From the NCBI GenBank assembly GCA_031411235.1, contig JANOAR010000298.1, positions 1-51,700 of the forward strand: a DNA stretch of 51,700 bases, in the 5' to 3' direction. Shown here piece by piece: positions 26,321 through 35,701 of the stretch. Source of the stretch: Verrucomicrobiota bacterium. Its GTDB lineage: Bacteria > Verrucomicrobiota > Verrucomicrobiia > Verrucomicrobiales > Verrucomicrobiaceae. How positions within the stretch are numbered: the stretch's first letter is position 1; each line of letters opens with the position of its first letter. The notes under the pieces were generated by a model, which saw only the letters and a program-made list of their open reading frames with translations, did no database searches and was not told the origin of the DNA. Made by a program: the position numbers and the translations under genes.

Positions 26321-28249
26321 ATGAATGCACTCCCGCTAGCCGCCCTCAATACCAACTCCAGTAACTCGATGAGCATCCTCTCAGAGTATTCCACCGTCCT
26401 CTGGTTCCTCGCTGGGCTCATCGTCTTCATCGTCTTCTTCCGCCCCATCTTCCAACTCGTCCTCGGCGGCGTCATCATTCCTGAAGACAAAATCGGGCTC
26501 GTTACGAAGAAGTTCGTGCTCTTCGGCAAACACAAAGAACTGCCCAGTGGCCGCATAATCGCGCTGAATGGCGAGGCAGGCTTCCAATCACAAACCCTCG
26601 CCCCCGGCATTTACTTTGGAAAATGGATCTGGCAGTATGAGATCAAGCTACAACCCCTCACGGTCATCCCCGATGGAGCCATTGGCTTGCTCATGTCGAA
26701 GGACGGTGGCGAGCTGCAAGCGGGCGCGGTGCTCGCGCGCCGCGTCGATTGCGAGATGTTCCAAGATGCCGAGATGTTCCTGCGTGCAGGGGGGCAAAAG
26801 GGGCGTCAGGCAGCCTTTCTCACGCCCGGCACATACCGTATCAATACCTCCCTCTTCGACGTGTCGCTGGCACGCATGACGCAGATCAAAGAGAACATGG
26901 TAGGCATCGTCACCACGCTCGATGGCGCGCCGTTGCCCGAGGGACAGATCGCAGGTCGCGTGATCGAAGGGCACAACAACTTCCAAAACGCCGATGCCTT
27001 CCTCGCTTCCGGCGGTGGTCGTGGCTTGCAGCCGCAGGTCATTCTCGCGGGCTCGTACTTCCTCAATACCTGGTTCGTGCATGTGGAGGAGATTCCCATG
27101 ACCGAGATCGCCATCGGCAGCGTCGGCGTCGTCATCAGTTACTCGGGTGATGAAGGTGAGGACGTCAGCGGCCTCGACTTCAAGCACGGCAACATCGTCA
27201 AAAAAGGCCACAAAGGCGTGTGGGCCGAGCCTCTCGGACCCGGTAAGTACCCGCTCAATACTTACATCCTGCGCGTCGAACATGTGCCCACCACCAACCT
27301 CGTGCTCAACTGGGCCAACGCCCGCAGCGAGGCCCACATGCTGGACAAGCACCTCTCCACCATCACGGTGCGCAGCAAGGACGGCTTCCCCTTCAACCTT
27401 GATGTGAGCCAGATCATCCACATCCCCATGACTGAGGCCAGCAAGGTCATCGCGCGCTTCGGCAACATGAACAACCTCGTGTCCCAAGTGCTGGAACCCA
27501 CCATCGGCAACTACTTCCGCAACAGCGCGCAGGACAGCGATGTGATCTCCTTCCTCAGCACGCGAAAGGAGCGCCAAGCCTCGGCCCGCACCCACATCAA
27601 TGAGGTGCTCGACCAGTACAACGTCAACGGCGTGGACACCCTCATCGGCGACATCGCACCGCCCGACAGCCTGATGAAAACGCTGACCGATCGCAAGATC
27701 GCCGAGGAGCAAAAAGTCACGTATGACACCCAGCGCATGGCCCAGGAGACACGCCAGAACTTGGAGAAACAAACCGCCATCGCCGACATCCAAAAGCAGA
27801 TCGTGCAAGCCGATCAGGGCGTGCAGATCGCCGAGCGCAACGCCGATGCCGCCGTGAAAAAAGCCGAGGGCGATGCCACCAGCGTGAAGCTGAATGCCAG
27901 CGCCGAAGCCGAGCGCACCAAGCTCATCGCCAATGCCGAAGCCCAGCGCATCACCCTCACCGGTGCCGCCGAGGCCGAGAAAATCCTCGCCATTGGTAAA
28001 GCCAACGCACAGGCCTACGAGCTGCAAGTCAGCGCGATGGGCGGCGACAACTTCACTCGCACCAAGATCGCCGAAATCATCGGCAAGGATAAGGTCAAGG
28101 TCATGCCCGACATCCTCATCGTCGGCGGCAATGAAGGCGGCACTGGCGGCCCGCTCGCTGGCCTGCTGGGCATGAAGCTCATGGAAGAATTGGGCGGCAA
28201 GACCAAGGCCGCAAGCACCGAGGCCATAGCCACCGCTCCCTCGGTCTAG
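26321..28249 (+). CDS. SPFH/Band-7 domain protein, flotillin-like (N-terminal membrane hairpin, long Ala/Glu-rich coiled coil)
   Basis: Hydrophobic N-terminus (VLWFLAGLIVFIVFF). SPFH core, then an EA-rich coiled coil (AEAERTKLIANAEAQRITLTGAAEAEKILAIGKANAQAYE) typical of flotillins. Start uncertain: ATG at 26321 or 26369. Confidence 0.75.
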   Translation: MNALPLAALNTNSSNSMSILSEYSTVLWFLAGLIVFIVFFRPIFQLVLGGVIIPEDKIGLVTKKFVLFGKHKELPSGRIIALNGEAGFQSQTLAPGIYFGKWIWQYEIKLQPLTVIPDGAIGLLMSKDGGELQAGAVLARRVDCEMFQDAEMFLRAGGQKGRQAAFLTPGTYRINTSLFDVSLARMTQIKENMVGIVTTLDGAPLPEGQIAGRVIEGHNNFQNADAFLASGGGRGLQPQVILAGSYFLNTWFVHVEEIPMTEIAIGSVGVVISYSGDEGEDVSGLDFKHGNIVKKGHKGVWAEPLGPGKYPLNTYILRVEHVPTTNLVLNWANARSEAHMLDKHLSTITVRSKDGFPFNLDVSQIIHIPMTEASKVIARFGNMNNLVSQVLEPTIGNYFRNSAQDSDVISFLSTRKERQASARTHINEVLDQYNVNGVDTLIGDIAPPDSLMKTLTDRKIAEEQKVTYDTQRMAQETRQNLEKQTAIADIQKQIVQADQGVQIAERNADAAVKKAEGDATSVKLNASAEAERTKLIANAEAQRITLTGAAEAEKILAIGKANAQAYELQVSAMGGDNFTRTKIAEIIGKDKVKVMPDILIVGGNEGGTGGPLAGLLGMKLMEELGGKTKAASTEAIATAPSV

Positions 28250-28369
28250 CCGAGGGCTTGGCGGCAGACCAAGCACTGGATCTGCCGCTGGGCAATGGGT
28301 GTGCTACAAAAATGAGGTCGCTCTGAGCGACCGCTGGAATAAAGCCCTCATGCTCGACCTCATAGCTGC

Positions 28370-29095
28370 ATGGATCGCCGACACTTCCTCACCACCGCCG
28401 CCGCCAGCCTCGCTGGCACCACCTTTGCCAGCCCGCCTCCCGCTGCGACAGTCCCGAGGACTTTCCAGTCCACCGCCGAGCGCGTGTCGGTGCTGGAGCT
28501 TTTCACCTCCGAGGGCTGTAGCAGTTGCCCGCCTGCCGACGCTTGGGTTTCGCGGCTGCGCGAGGCACCGGGGCTGTGGTCGCAGTTCATCCCGCTGGCA
28601 TGGCATGTGGACTACTGGGACTCGCTCGGGTGGAAGGATCCCTTCGCCTCCGCTGCGAACTCCAAGCGGCAGCGCCAGTATGCCGCGCAGTGGCGTTCCA
28701 ACAGCGTCTATACACCTGGCTTTGTGCTCAACGGCGAGGAGTGGCGTGTCCGTGCCCTGGAACTGCCGAAGGCTGCGCCCGCTGGCATACTGAAGCTCGC
28801 ACAGGGCGCAGCCACCGCCTGGAGTCTGGCCTTTGACACCAGCCACGCAGGCAAGGACACGCTGATCTATCATCTGGCCTGGCTAGTCTCGGCGGAGACC
28901 CAAGTGACCGCAGGCGAGAACGCCGGGCGCACGCTGCCGCACGATTTTATGGTGCTAGGCCATACCTGGATCGGCAGCGACAACGGCCATGCCGCCCTGC
29001 AACTGCCCCCTCATGCCCAAGCCAAAGCCGTCGCAGGCTGGGTAAGCCGCGCTACCGATCCGACACCTCTGCAAGCCGTGGGCGGCGAGTTGTAG
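28370..29095 (+). CDS. DUF1223-family secreted protein (thioredoxin-like fold) with a Tat-type signal peptide
   Basis: MDRRHFLTTAAASLAGTTFA signal. Conserved-looking ELFTSEGCSSCPPAD ... WHVDYWD ... YTPGFVLNGEEW. Confidence 0.65.
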   Translation: MDRRHFLTTAAASLAGTTFASPPPAATVPRTFQSTAERVSVLELFTSEGCSSCPPADAWVSRLREAPGLWSQFIPLAWHVDYWDSLGWKDPFASAANSKRQRQYAAQWRSNSVYTPGFVLNGEEWRVRALELPKAAPAGILKLAQGAATAWSLAFDTSHAGKDTLIYHLAWLVSAETQVTAGENAGRTLPHDFMVLGHTWIGSDNGHAALQLPPHAQAKAVAGWVSRATDPTPLQAVGGEL

Positions 29096-29185
29096 CTTGT
29101 GTGCTGGTGCTGCTATCGCGCGTAGAGAGTTGGTGGTGGAAGCAGGTGCTGTGACCGCAGCAGCGCATGGTTTAGGCGATTCCGG

Positions 29186-29695
29186 TCATTGGAGTTTGAA
29201 GCCTACATGAGCATCGAAATCCTTCCTCTCGGCAGGTGACATCTGAGAGTAGAGCACGCGAATGGTATAGCCTCCAATTAGCTTGCCATTCTCGATGTAG
29301 AACCAGTCTGAAGTCTCGTCTTTGGCGGCGGTGGTAGTCTGGCCCATCTTAACGTTCTTCACGTCCACTGGCTCGTTGTCCACTCGACCGCTAAACTGCG
29401 TGCCGTCGAAGGAGGCGTTGGAGAGCCAGATATGTTCGACCTGCTCACCGTCCTTGAATGGCTTCTTAACGGTGAAGTTGCCTTGGCCTGCGGCTGGAGC
29501 CTTGAGTGCCGCGATAAAGGTGTCCACGGATTCCCGTGCGGTCTGAATGGCCTTGTCCATCTCGGGGTCTTTGTCGGCGACGTGGACATAGTCGGGCTGT
29601 CCCTCGCGGCGGACGGTGTCGTTGTTGGACTTCTTGGAATCGCATGCAGTGAAGGCCAGCGAGGCGATAAGAATGGTGAGAGGGAGTGTCTTCAT
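29186..29695 (-). CDS. Lipoprotein, DUF2314 (YegJ-like) family
   Basis: Lipobox LIASLAFTAC after MKTLPLTI. C-terminal region EHIWLSNASFDG...SDWFYIENGKLIGGYTIRVL. Start ATG at 29695; the 305-aa ORF-track extension is rejected. Confidence 0.65.
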   Translation of the reverse strand: MKTLPLTILIASLAFTACDSKKSNNDTVRREGQPDYVHVADKDPEMDKAIQTARESVDTFIAALKAPAAGQGNFTVKKPFKDGEQVEHIWLSNASFDGTQFSGRVDNEPVDVKNVKMGQTTTAAKDETSDWFYIENGKLIGGYTIRVLYSQMSPAERKDFDAHVGFKLQ

Positions 29696-30072
29696 TTTAG
29701 AGAGCGGCGAGCAACGCCTAACACATGACTCAGCCACACGCGCTATGTTGCCTATCACTCCCATAGAGAGTGAAACCGACAACAATGTTGGATAACACAC
29801 GGTGGGCAGACCTTCCCGACAGCGGGGTGAGGTAGGAACGGGGATCATGGGGTGGGGCATTATGGTCAGGCGGTGGGGCAACGCGCAAGCACCTATTACC
29901 CATCCATCACGCGTGCTGGGGCGGGATGTTATGCGGGCAGGGCCTTCGCCTTGGCAAGCGGGGCTGCTGCCTGCGAGCAAAATCTCGTCTTGATGCGGGC
30001 TGTGCCATTTAATTTTCCACCCCATTACTTTCCCGCTGCAAGCCGTGCGCCGTTCATCACGTACTTGGCAGA

Positions 30073-30906
30073 ATGCGTATCGCTCATTGCCAGTATGAAT
30101 CATGGTGTGGTGACTTTGACCACAATCTCCAGCGCGTCGCCGAAGGCTTGCAGCGAGCCGGGGACGAAAAGGTGCAAATCGTGACCTTCCCCGAGTGCTT
30201 CCTCACGGGTTACCCAGATACCGAAGACCGCGCACGCGAGGGTGCCTTTACGCTGGATTCGCCGCAGTTGCACCGCGTGCTGGATCTGACGGCGAAGCAT
30301 GATCCCACCTTGATCGTCGGCTTCAACGAACGCCGTGGTGACGACCTCTACAACACGGTGCTCGTGGCGCATCGCGGGCACATTCTCGGCACGTATTCAA
30401 AATGCGCCGCCTACATGAAGTTTCACAAACAAGGGCGCACGTTCCCTGTATTCGAGCGCGATGGCGTGAAGTTCGGTGTCATCATCTGTGCCGATGGCGG
30501 CTACATTGAGCCCGCACGAATCTTGGCTTTAAAAGGGGCGCGCATCATCTTTGCCCCGCACTTCAACTACATCAACGACAAGGGACTCATCGGCCATTTT
30601 ATGCATGTTCGTGCCGACCACACCGCCCGCGCCGTGGAGAACGACATCCATTTCGTGCGCTGCAACAACGTCGTCCTCGACCCCGCCAAGAGCGGCATCA
30701 CGCACTACGCTGGCGTAGGCTATGGCGACAGCTACGTCGTCGATCCAGCGGGCGAGATCCTCATCCAAAGCCGTCGGCATGTGGAAGATTTTATGCTCAT
30801 GGATCTGGAGATTGCTGCGCAAAAAAAAGGCGCGTGGGGCCAGAGCAGGAGCGCGTGGAGCTGGCAAGAATTTGCGCCATTCATAGAGGAAGCGAGGAAG
30901 GCATGA
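30073..30906 (+). CDS. Carbon–nitrogen hydrolase family protein (nitrilase/amidase superfamily)
   Basis: E-K-C catalytic triad context (VTFPECFLTGY, ...YSKC..., FGVIICADGGY). Confidence 0.8.
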   Translation: MRIAHCQYESWCGDFDHNLQRVAEGLQRAGDEKVQIVTFPECFLTGYPDTEDRAREGAFTLDSPQLHRVLDLTAKHDPTLIVGFNERRGDDLYNTVLVAHRGHILGTYSKCAAYMKFHKQGRTFPVFERDGVKFGVIICADGGYIEPARILALKGARIIFAPHFNYINDKGLIGHFMHVRADHTARAVENDIHFVRCNNVVLDPAKSGITHYAGVGYGDSYVVDPAGEILIQSRRHVEDFMLMDLEIAAQKKGAWGQSRSAWSWQEFAPFIEEARKA

Positions 30907-30922
30907 GCCTCAGGCTCTGGCC

Positions 30923-31243
30923 TCAATGATTCAACTGCACCCACTGAATGTCCCCGACGAGTTCGCCCTCTGGGCCGATTTGCACCTTCGCCATCCAGGA
31001 GTCATAGCCCAGCGTCATCGCCCGTGAGAGCACGCGAGCGCAGTCCCCCGTGGTCAACTCAGGAGCCTCGTGGGGAGCGAGCGTGGCCACCACATGGACG
31101 TAGAGATTATCCTCCTCACCGCGTGCCTCAATATCGACCGAACCGTGATGCGCCATACCGTGATGGCAGTGGTAGCCGGTACCAGTCAGGTAAGCTTCCA
31201 CATGGCGTTGGCCGGATTCAATGATGTCTGCTGCTGTCATCAT
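30923..31243 (-). CDS. Small hypothetical protein (possibly MTH1187/YkoF-like UPF0045 fold); His-rich motif YHCHHGMAHHG
   Basis: A 106-aa ORF whose stop is 16 nt beyond the convergent neighbour. Weak resemblance to the UPF0045 N-terminus (MMTAADIIESG). Family assignment is uncertain. Confidence 0.4.
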   Translation of the reverse strand: MMTAADIIESGQRHVEAYLTGTGYHCHHGMAHHGSVDIEARGEEDNLYVHVVATLAPHEAPELTTGDCARVLSRAMTLGYDSWMAKVQIGPEGELVGDIQWVQLNH

Positions 31244-31434
31244 GGCGGGAGGGAGGTTGCGTGCCTTATTTCTGACCGTGCAGGAAAGGCAAGAACCCAG
31301 CGCGGCGGATATTCTGGGATGTTCTATCTGAACGCTCGCAGCGTGGCAATACTTGTCTTTGACCGCCGACCGCCGCTTGCTTTTTTCGGCCCAGCCGCCC
31401 CCTTGGCAGCGACTTCCCTACACCTTCTAAAAAC

Positions 31435-31974
31435 ATGAATCTCACCCTCATCTCTGGCACCAATCGCCCTGGCAGCAACACGCGCAAAGTGGTCGCCCAT
31501 CTCAAAAATGTTTATGCCGACCTCGGCCATAAAGTGCAAGTGCTCGACCTCGCGGAACTGCCACCTGAGTTGTTTTTGCCCACGGCCTATGCCGAAAAGC
31601 CCGCTGCTTTTGCTCGCTTCACTGACACCGTGCTCGCTAGCGATGGTCTGCATATCGTGACGCCAGAATACAACGGCGGTATGCCCGGCGTGCTGAAGTA
31701 CTTCATCGACATGCTCAAATTCCCCGAGAGCTTCGAGCATCGCCCAGTGGCCTTCACTGGCCTTGCGGCGGGCCAGTGGGGAGCCCTGCGTCCGGTGGAG
31801 CAGTTGCAGGCGATCTTTGGCTATCGCAATGCCTTCATCTTCCCCGACCGCGTCTTTATGCCTGGTGTGGGAGGCCAGATGGATGCCGACGGCACGCTGA
31901 CGAATGCTGACAGTGTCCAGCGTCTGCGAGCGCAGGCCGAGGGTTTCGTCGCCTTTGTGAAACGCCTGCGCTGA
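31435..31974 (+). CDS. NADPH-dependent FMN reductase (flavodoxin-like fold oxidoreductase)
   Basis: MNLTLISGTNRPGSNTRKV ... HIVTPEYNGGMPGVLKYFIDML, typical of the SsuE/YieF/ArsH-type FMN reductase family. Confidence 0.8.
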   Translation: MNLTLISGTNRPGSNTRKVVAHLKNVYADLGHKVQVLDLAELPPELFLPTAYAEKPAAFARFTDTVLASDGLHIVTPEYNGGMPGVLKYFIDMLKFPESFEHRPVAFTGLAAGQWGALRPVEQLQAIFGYRNAFIFPDRVFMPGVGGQMDADGTLTNADSVQRLRAQAEGFVAFVKRLR

Positions 31975-32011
31975 TTTCGCTGACTGGCCGAACGAGACGG
32001 CAAAGCCAGCC

Positions 32012-32046
32012 TGACACAGGCTGCCAACGTGAGGCAGCCTGTGTCA
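32012..32046. terminator. Perfect 14-bp-stem/7-nt-loop hairpin between convergent genes (probable bidirectional intrinsic terminator)
   Basis: tgacacaggctgcc (32012-32025), loop aacgtga, ggcagcctgtgtca (32033-32046). It lies between the 3' ends of the FMN reductase gene (+) and the entericidin-like gene (-). Confidence 0.6.
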
Positions 32047-32058
32047 CCTTAGCGGCTG

Positions 32059-32199
32059 CTAGCTCGCCGCACGTTCGAGGCCGTTGCCCACACGACGAAC
32101 ATCGCGGCCAACTCCGCGGAGGGTGTTGCAGCTCGTGCTGAGCATGGCGAAGGCGGCAAGGAGGAGGAGAAGGACGAGGCGTTGTGCTGGTGTTTTCAT
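32059..32199 (-). CDS. ecnAB: Entericidin EcnA/B-family small lipoprotein (46 aa)
   Basis: MKTPAQRLVLLLLLAAFAMLSTSCNTLRGVGRDVRRVGNGLERAAS: lipobox LSTSC, then the CNT-RGVG-D-...G entericidin signature. Start ATG at 32199. Confidence 0.7.
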   Translation of the reverse strand: MKTPAQRLVLLLLLAAFAMLSTSCNTLRGVGRDVRRVGNGLERAAS

Positions 32200-32345
32200 G
32201 GTGGTGTTTATGGGGTTGGCTTGACCAAGGAGCATACGATGCAAACCGCTGCCTGAATGCAAGTGGAGTTGGCAAAAGGTTGCTACGAAGCCACTACCTT
32301 GCCGCCTTGACACCCCGCGCCGTTGCCGCTCCCATGCATGACTTT

Positions 32346-34277
32346 ATGTGTGGCATCTACGGTTTCGCTGGGTTCAAAGAAGAAGGTCTGCTCGACCGCA
32401 TGGGCCGCGTCATCAGGCATCGCGGCCCAGATGGACAGGGCCGCTATGATGCGCCCGATGGCCAGCCGTTCTCCATGGGCATGCAGCGCCTCAGCATCAT
32501 CGACCTCGAAGGCGGCTGGCAGCCCGTCTATAACGAAGATAAAACCCTCGCTGTCTGCTACAACGGCGAGACCTACAACTACGTGGAACTGCGCGATGAA
32601 CTGGAGGCCAAGGGCCACCACTTCACAACCCACAGCGACACCGAGTGCCTCGTGCATGGCTTTGAAGAATGGGGCATGGCGGGCCTGCTCCAGCGCATGA
32701 ATGGCATGGCTGCCTTCTGCATTTATGATGTGCGTAAGCGTGAGTTCTGGATCGGGCGCGACCGCTGTGGCCAAAAGCCGCTCTACTACCACCACGAGCA
32801 CGGGCGCTTCCTTTTCGGCAGCGAGGCGAAGAGCCTGCTCCAGAGTCAGCACGTCACTGCCGAGGTGAACATGGCAGCCATCGACCCCTACCTCACGCTG
32901 CGCAATGTGCCGGAGCCTCAGACGATGTTCAAAGGCATCTCCATCCTGCCCGTCGCGCACTTTTTGCACTATAAGCTCTCGGACAACAGCATCTCGATCC
33001 AGCGCTACTGGGAGGTGCCGCTGCTTGATGCCCGCACCGCGAAATACAAGAGCGACGAGGCTTACTTCGAGGAGCTGGAGTCGCTGGGGTATGACTGCGT
33101 GAAGCTCTGCATGAGAAGCGACGTGCCCGTGGGTGCCTACCTCAGCGCGGGCGTGGATTCCTCACTCACCGTCGCAGCGATGACGCGCTTCAGTAGCAAC
33201 ATCAACACCTACTCCGTGGGCTTCGACTCGCCTGTGGATGAGACCCCCGCCGCGCGCGAGACAGCCGCTTTCCTCGGCACCAAGCACCACGAAATCATCT
33301 GCCAGCCCGAGGACTTCTCCCTGCTGCCGAAGATCGTTTATCACATGGATCGGCCCGTTGGCGATGCCTTGCTTATCGCCTTCTACAAGCTCGCTGAGGG
33401 CGCGAGCAAAGACCTCAAAGTCGTGCTCGGTGGCGAGGGCGCGGACGAAGCCTTTGCCGGCTATTCCTTCCACGGCGTCATCACCAAGGTGGATGCGCTG
33501 AATCGTCGTTTCCCAGGCATCGGCAAGCTCGCCGCTCTCGGCTTCGGCATGACGCCGCACGCGCTACTGAACAAGTTTTTCACCTTTCCCGCCGACCTCG
33601 GTAGCCAGGGCAAAAAGCGCGTTATCGACTTCCTCCAGCAGTACGGCGCGCGCGACTTGAACCACAACTTCAACGCCCTGCGCACGCTGTGGAGCGAGGA
33701 CGAGCGGCACGCTGTTTACAGCGCCGACATGAAGCACCTCGCTGGCACAGGCTGGATGGCCAAGGAGCAGGAAAAAGACAAAAACGGCCCCTTCCTCGAC
33801 CGCTTGCTCAAGCTGCAATACGACGAGTGGCTGCAAGACTGGGCACTCATCCGCCAGGATAAAAACACCATGGCCCACAGCCTTGAATACCGCCTGCCCT
33901 TCCTCGACCCTCGCCTCATCGAGCTAGCCTTCCAGATGCCGGCCCATCTGAAGATTAACGGCAAAACCGACAAGTACATCGAGCGCAAACTCGCCGACAA
34001 AGTCTTCCCCCAGCACATCGCGAGACGCGCAAAAATCCCCTTCTATCTGCCCGTCGAATACTTCCTCGATCAGCCGCATTTCAAAAAGCTAGTGGCCGAT
34101 ACCTTGAACGAAAGCGCCGTGAAAAAACGTGGCTACTTCGAGCCTGCGAAAGTCACCGCGCTGATCGCGAAGATGAACAGCACCCGCGAGTTCGTGTTCT
34201 GCAAACAAGTTATGTCGCTCGTGGTGCTAGAGCTGTGGCATCAGGTCTTCATCGACAAAGCCTATCGCTTCGACTGA
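32346..34277 (+). CDS. asnB: Asparagine synthetase family glutamine amidotransferase (AsnB-like, 643 aa; the length suggests the exosortase/EPS-associated subtype)
   Basis: N-terminal MCGIYGF (class II GATase Cys2). PP-loop LSAGVDSS. The start ATG at 32346 gives the obligatory Met-Cys N-terminus. Confidence 0.85.
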   Translation: MCGIYGFAGFKEEGLLDRMGRVIRHRGPDGQGRYDAPDGQPFSMGMQRLSIIDLEGGWQPVYNEDKTLAVCYNGETYNYVELRDELEAKGHHFTTHSDTECLVHGFEEWGMAGLLQRMNGMAAFCIYDVRKREFWIGRDRCGQKPLYYHHEHGRFLFGSEAKSLLQSQHVTAEVNMAAIDPYLTLRNVPEPQTMFKGISILPVAHFLHYKLSDNSISIQRYWEVPLLDARTAKYKSDEAYFEELESLGYDCVKLCMRSDVPVGAYLSAGVDSSLTVAAMTRFSSNINTYSVGFDSPVDETPAARETAAFLGTKHHEIICQPEDFSLLPKIVYHMDRPVGDALLIAFYKLAEGASKDLKVVLGGEGADEAFAGYSFHGVITKVDALNRRFPGIGKLAALGFGMTPHALLNKFFTFPADLGSQGKKRVIDFLQQYGARDLNHNFNALRTLWSEDERHAVYSADMKHLAGTGWMAKEQEKDKNGPFLDRLLKLQYDEWLQDWALIRQDKNTMAHSLEYRLPFLDPRLIELAFQMPAHLKINGKTDKYIERKLADKVFPQHIARRAKIPFYLPVEYFLDQPHFKKLVADTLNESAVKKRGYFEPAKVTALIAKMNSTREFVFCKQVMSLVVLELWHQVFIDKAYRFD

Positions 34278-34370
34278 ATCCAGTCCCTTTGAGACAATAG
34301 GGGTTTTCCCTCGATTTCCTCGCATTGACAGGGGAATGGTAAAACCCGATAGACTTGCCCTCCCAGACTT

Positions 34371-35618
34371 ATGCTCAACGAACTCAAACAACGCGAAAAA
34401 GACGGCAACGTGATCAATGTAGGACTCATCGGCGCTGGCGCGATGGGCCTTGGTATTGCCTACCAGATCGGCAAGACCCCTGGCATGAGGCTGTCCTTTG
34501 TCGCCGATTTTGACATCAAGGCCGCCGAGAAAGCCCAGCAGGTCTATGGCAAAGCGACGCATGTGACGACCGATGGCATGGCCGCCCTGCGCAATGAGAA
34601 AATCAAGTGCGACGTCTTCGTGGAGGCCACCAACAGCATCATCGGAGCCTACGACTACTGCATTGCCGCGATGGAGCGTAAAGCCCACTGCGTGCTGATG
34701 AATGCCGAGGTCGATCTCATTCTCGGGCCTCTGCTCCAAGACGCGGCGAAGAAGGCTGGCGTCATCTGCACCAGCGACGGCGGCGACCAGCATGGCGTGC
34801 TCGCTCGCATGATGGAAGAGATCGAGATGTGGGGCTTCGACATCGTCCAGGCTGGCAATATGAAAGGCTTCCTGGAGCGTCATCGCGACATGGCGGGCAC
34901 GGTGGAAGTCGCCAAGGCACTCAACCTCAGCGTCATCCAGTGCCTCGCTTACACCGACGGATCCAAGCTCAATATCGAGATGGCCATCATCGGCAATGAG
35001 TACGGTCTCACGCCTTTCGTCCCCGGCATGGAAGGCCCCAAGGCCAACAAGGTGCAGGACGTGGTGAACCTTTTCGACTTCGACAAGTACAAGGGCCAAG
35101 GCCGACTCGACTACGTGCTCGGAGCCAAGGAGCATGGCGGCGGCGTCTATGTCGTGGCTCGCTGCGACGATGAGTTCCAGAAGGACTACCTGAACTATTA
35201 CAAGGTCACCAACAAGCACCCGTATTACGTCTTCCTGCGTCCCTACCATCTCTGCCATCTCGAAACGCCACGCGCTGCTGCGCTGGCGGCGATGTATGGC
35301 AAAGGGGTCTGCACGCAGCGCATGGGACGCATCAATGACTGCTACGCCTACGCTAAAAAAGACCTTTCGGCTGGCACCGTCGTCCAGCACGCCATCGGCA
35401 GCGATGAGGTCTATGGCCTCATCGACGAAGCCAAGATCGCCGATGCTGCGAACCACGTCCCGCAGGGTGTGCTCGATGTCGAAGGCTCGCCTGAGCGCCC
35501 TGTGCTGAAGCGTGCTGTGGCCAAAGACCAGCCCATCACCTGGGACGATGTCACCATTCCCGACACGCGCATGGCGCAGCTTTGGGAGAAGCAGAAGGCA
35601 CTCATCGGGCTCAAGTAA
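34371..35618 (+). CDS. NAD(P)-binding oxidoreductase, homoserine-dehydrogenase-like with a C-terminal SAF-like domain (COG4091-type)
   Basis: Rossmann motif INVGLIGAGAMGLGIA at the N-terminus. About 415 aa. Lies 93 nt downstream of the asnB-like gene on the same strand. Confidence 0.55.
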   Translation: MLNELKQREKDGNVINVGLIGAGAMGLGIAYQIGKTPGMRLSFVADFDIKAAEKAQQVYGKATHVTTDGMAALRNEKIKCDVFVEATNSIIGAYDYCIAAMERKAHCVLMNAEVDLILGPLLQDAAKKAGVICTSDGGDQHGVLARMMEEIEMWGFDIVQAGNMKGFLERHRDMAGTVEVAKALNLSVIQCLAYTDGSKLNIEMAIIGNEYGLTPFVPGMEGPKANKVQDVVNLFDFDKYKGQGRLDYVLGAKEHGGGVYVVARCDDEFQKDYLNYYKVTNKHPYYVFLRPYHLCHLETPRAAALAAMYGKGVCTQRMGRINDCYAYAKKDLSAGTVVQHAIGSDEVYGLIDEAKIADAANHVPQGVLDVEGSPERPVLKRAVAKDQPITWDDVTIPDTRMAQLWEKQKALIGLK

Positions 35619-35701
35619 CGCCCCGTGGTTCACGGAGGAGAGGGTAAGCAACAAGCGCCAGGAGCGAAGATCACCTATCGCTCCGGCGTAGCCCTTCGCC
35701 C

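Noticed and set aside
26648-28276. 542-aa minus-strand ORF antisense to the flotillin-like gene
   Set aside because: The plus-strand product has SPFH and coiled-coil features with a sensible membrane N-terminus. The antisense translation is the Gly/Asp/Leu-rich mirror of the EA-rich coiled coil.
34227-35654. 475-aa minus-strand ORF antisense to the COG4091-type dehydrogenase
   Set aside because: The plus strand has a canonical N-terminal Rossmann motif. The antisense ORF has none.
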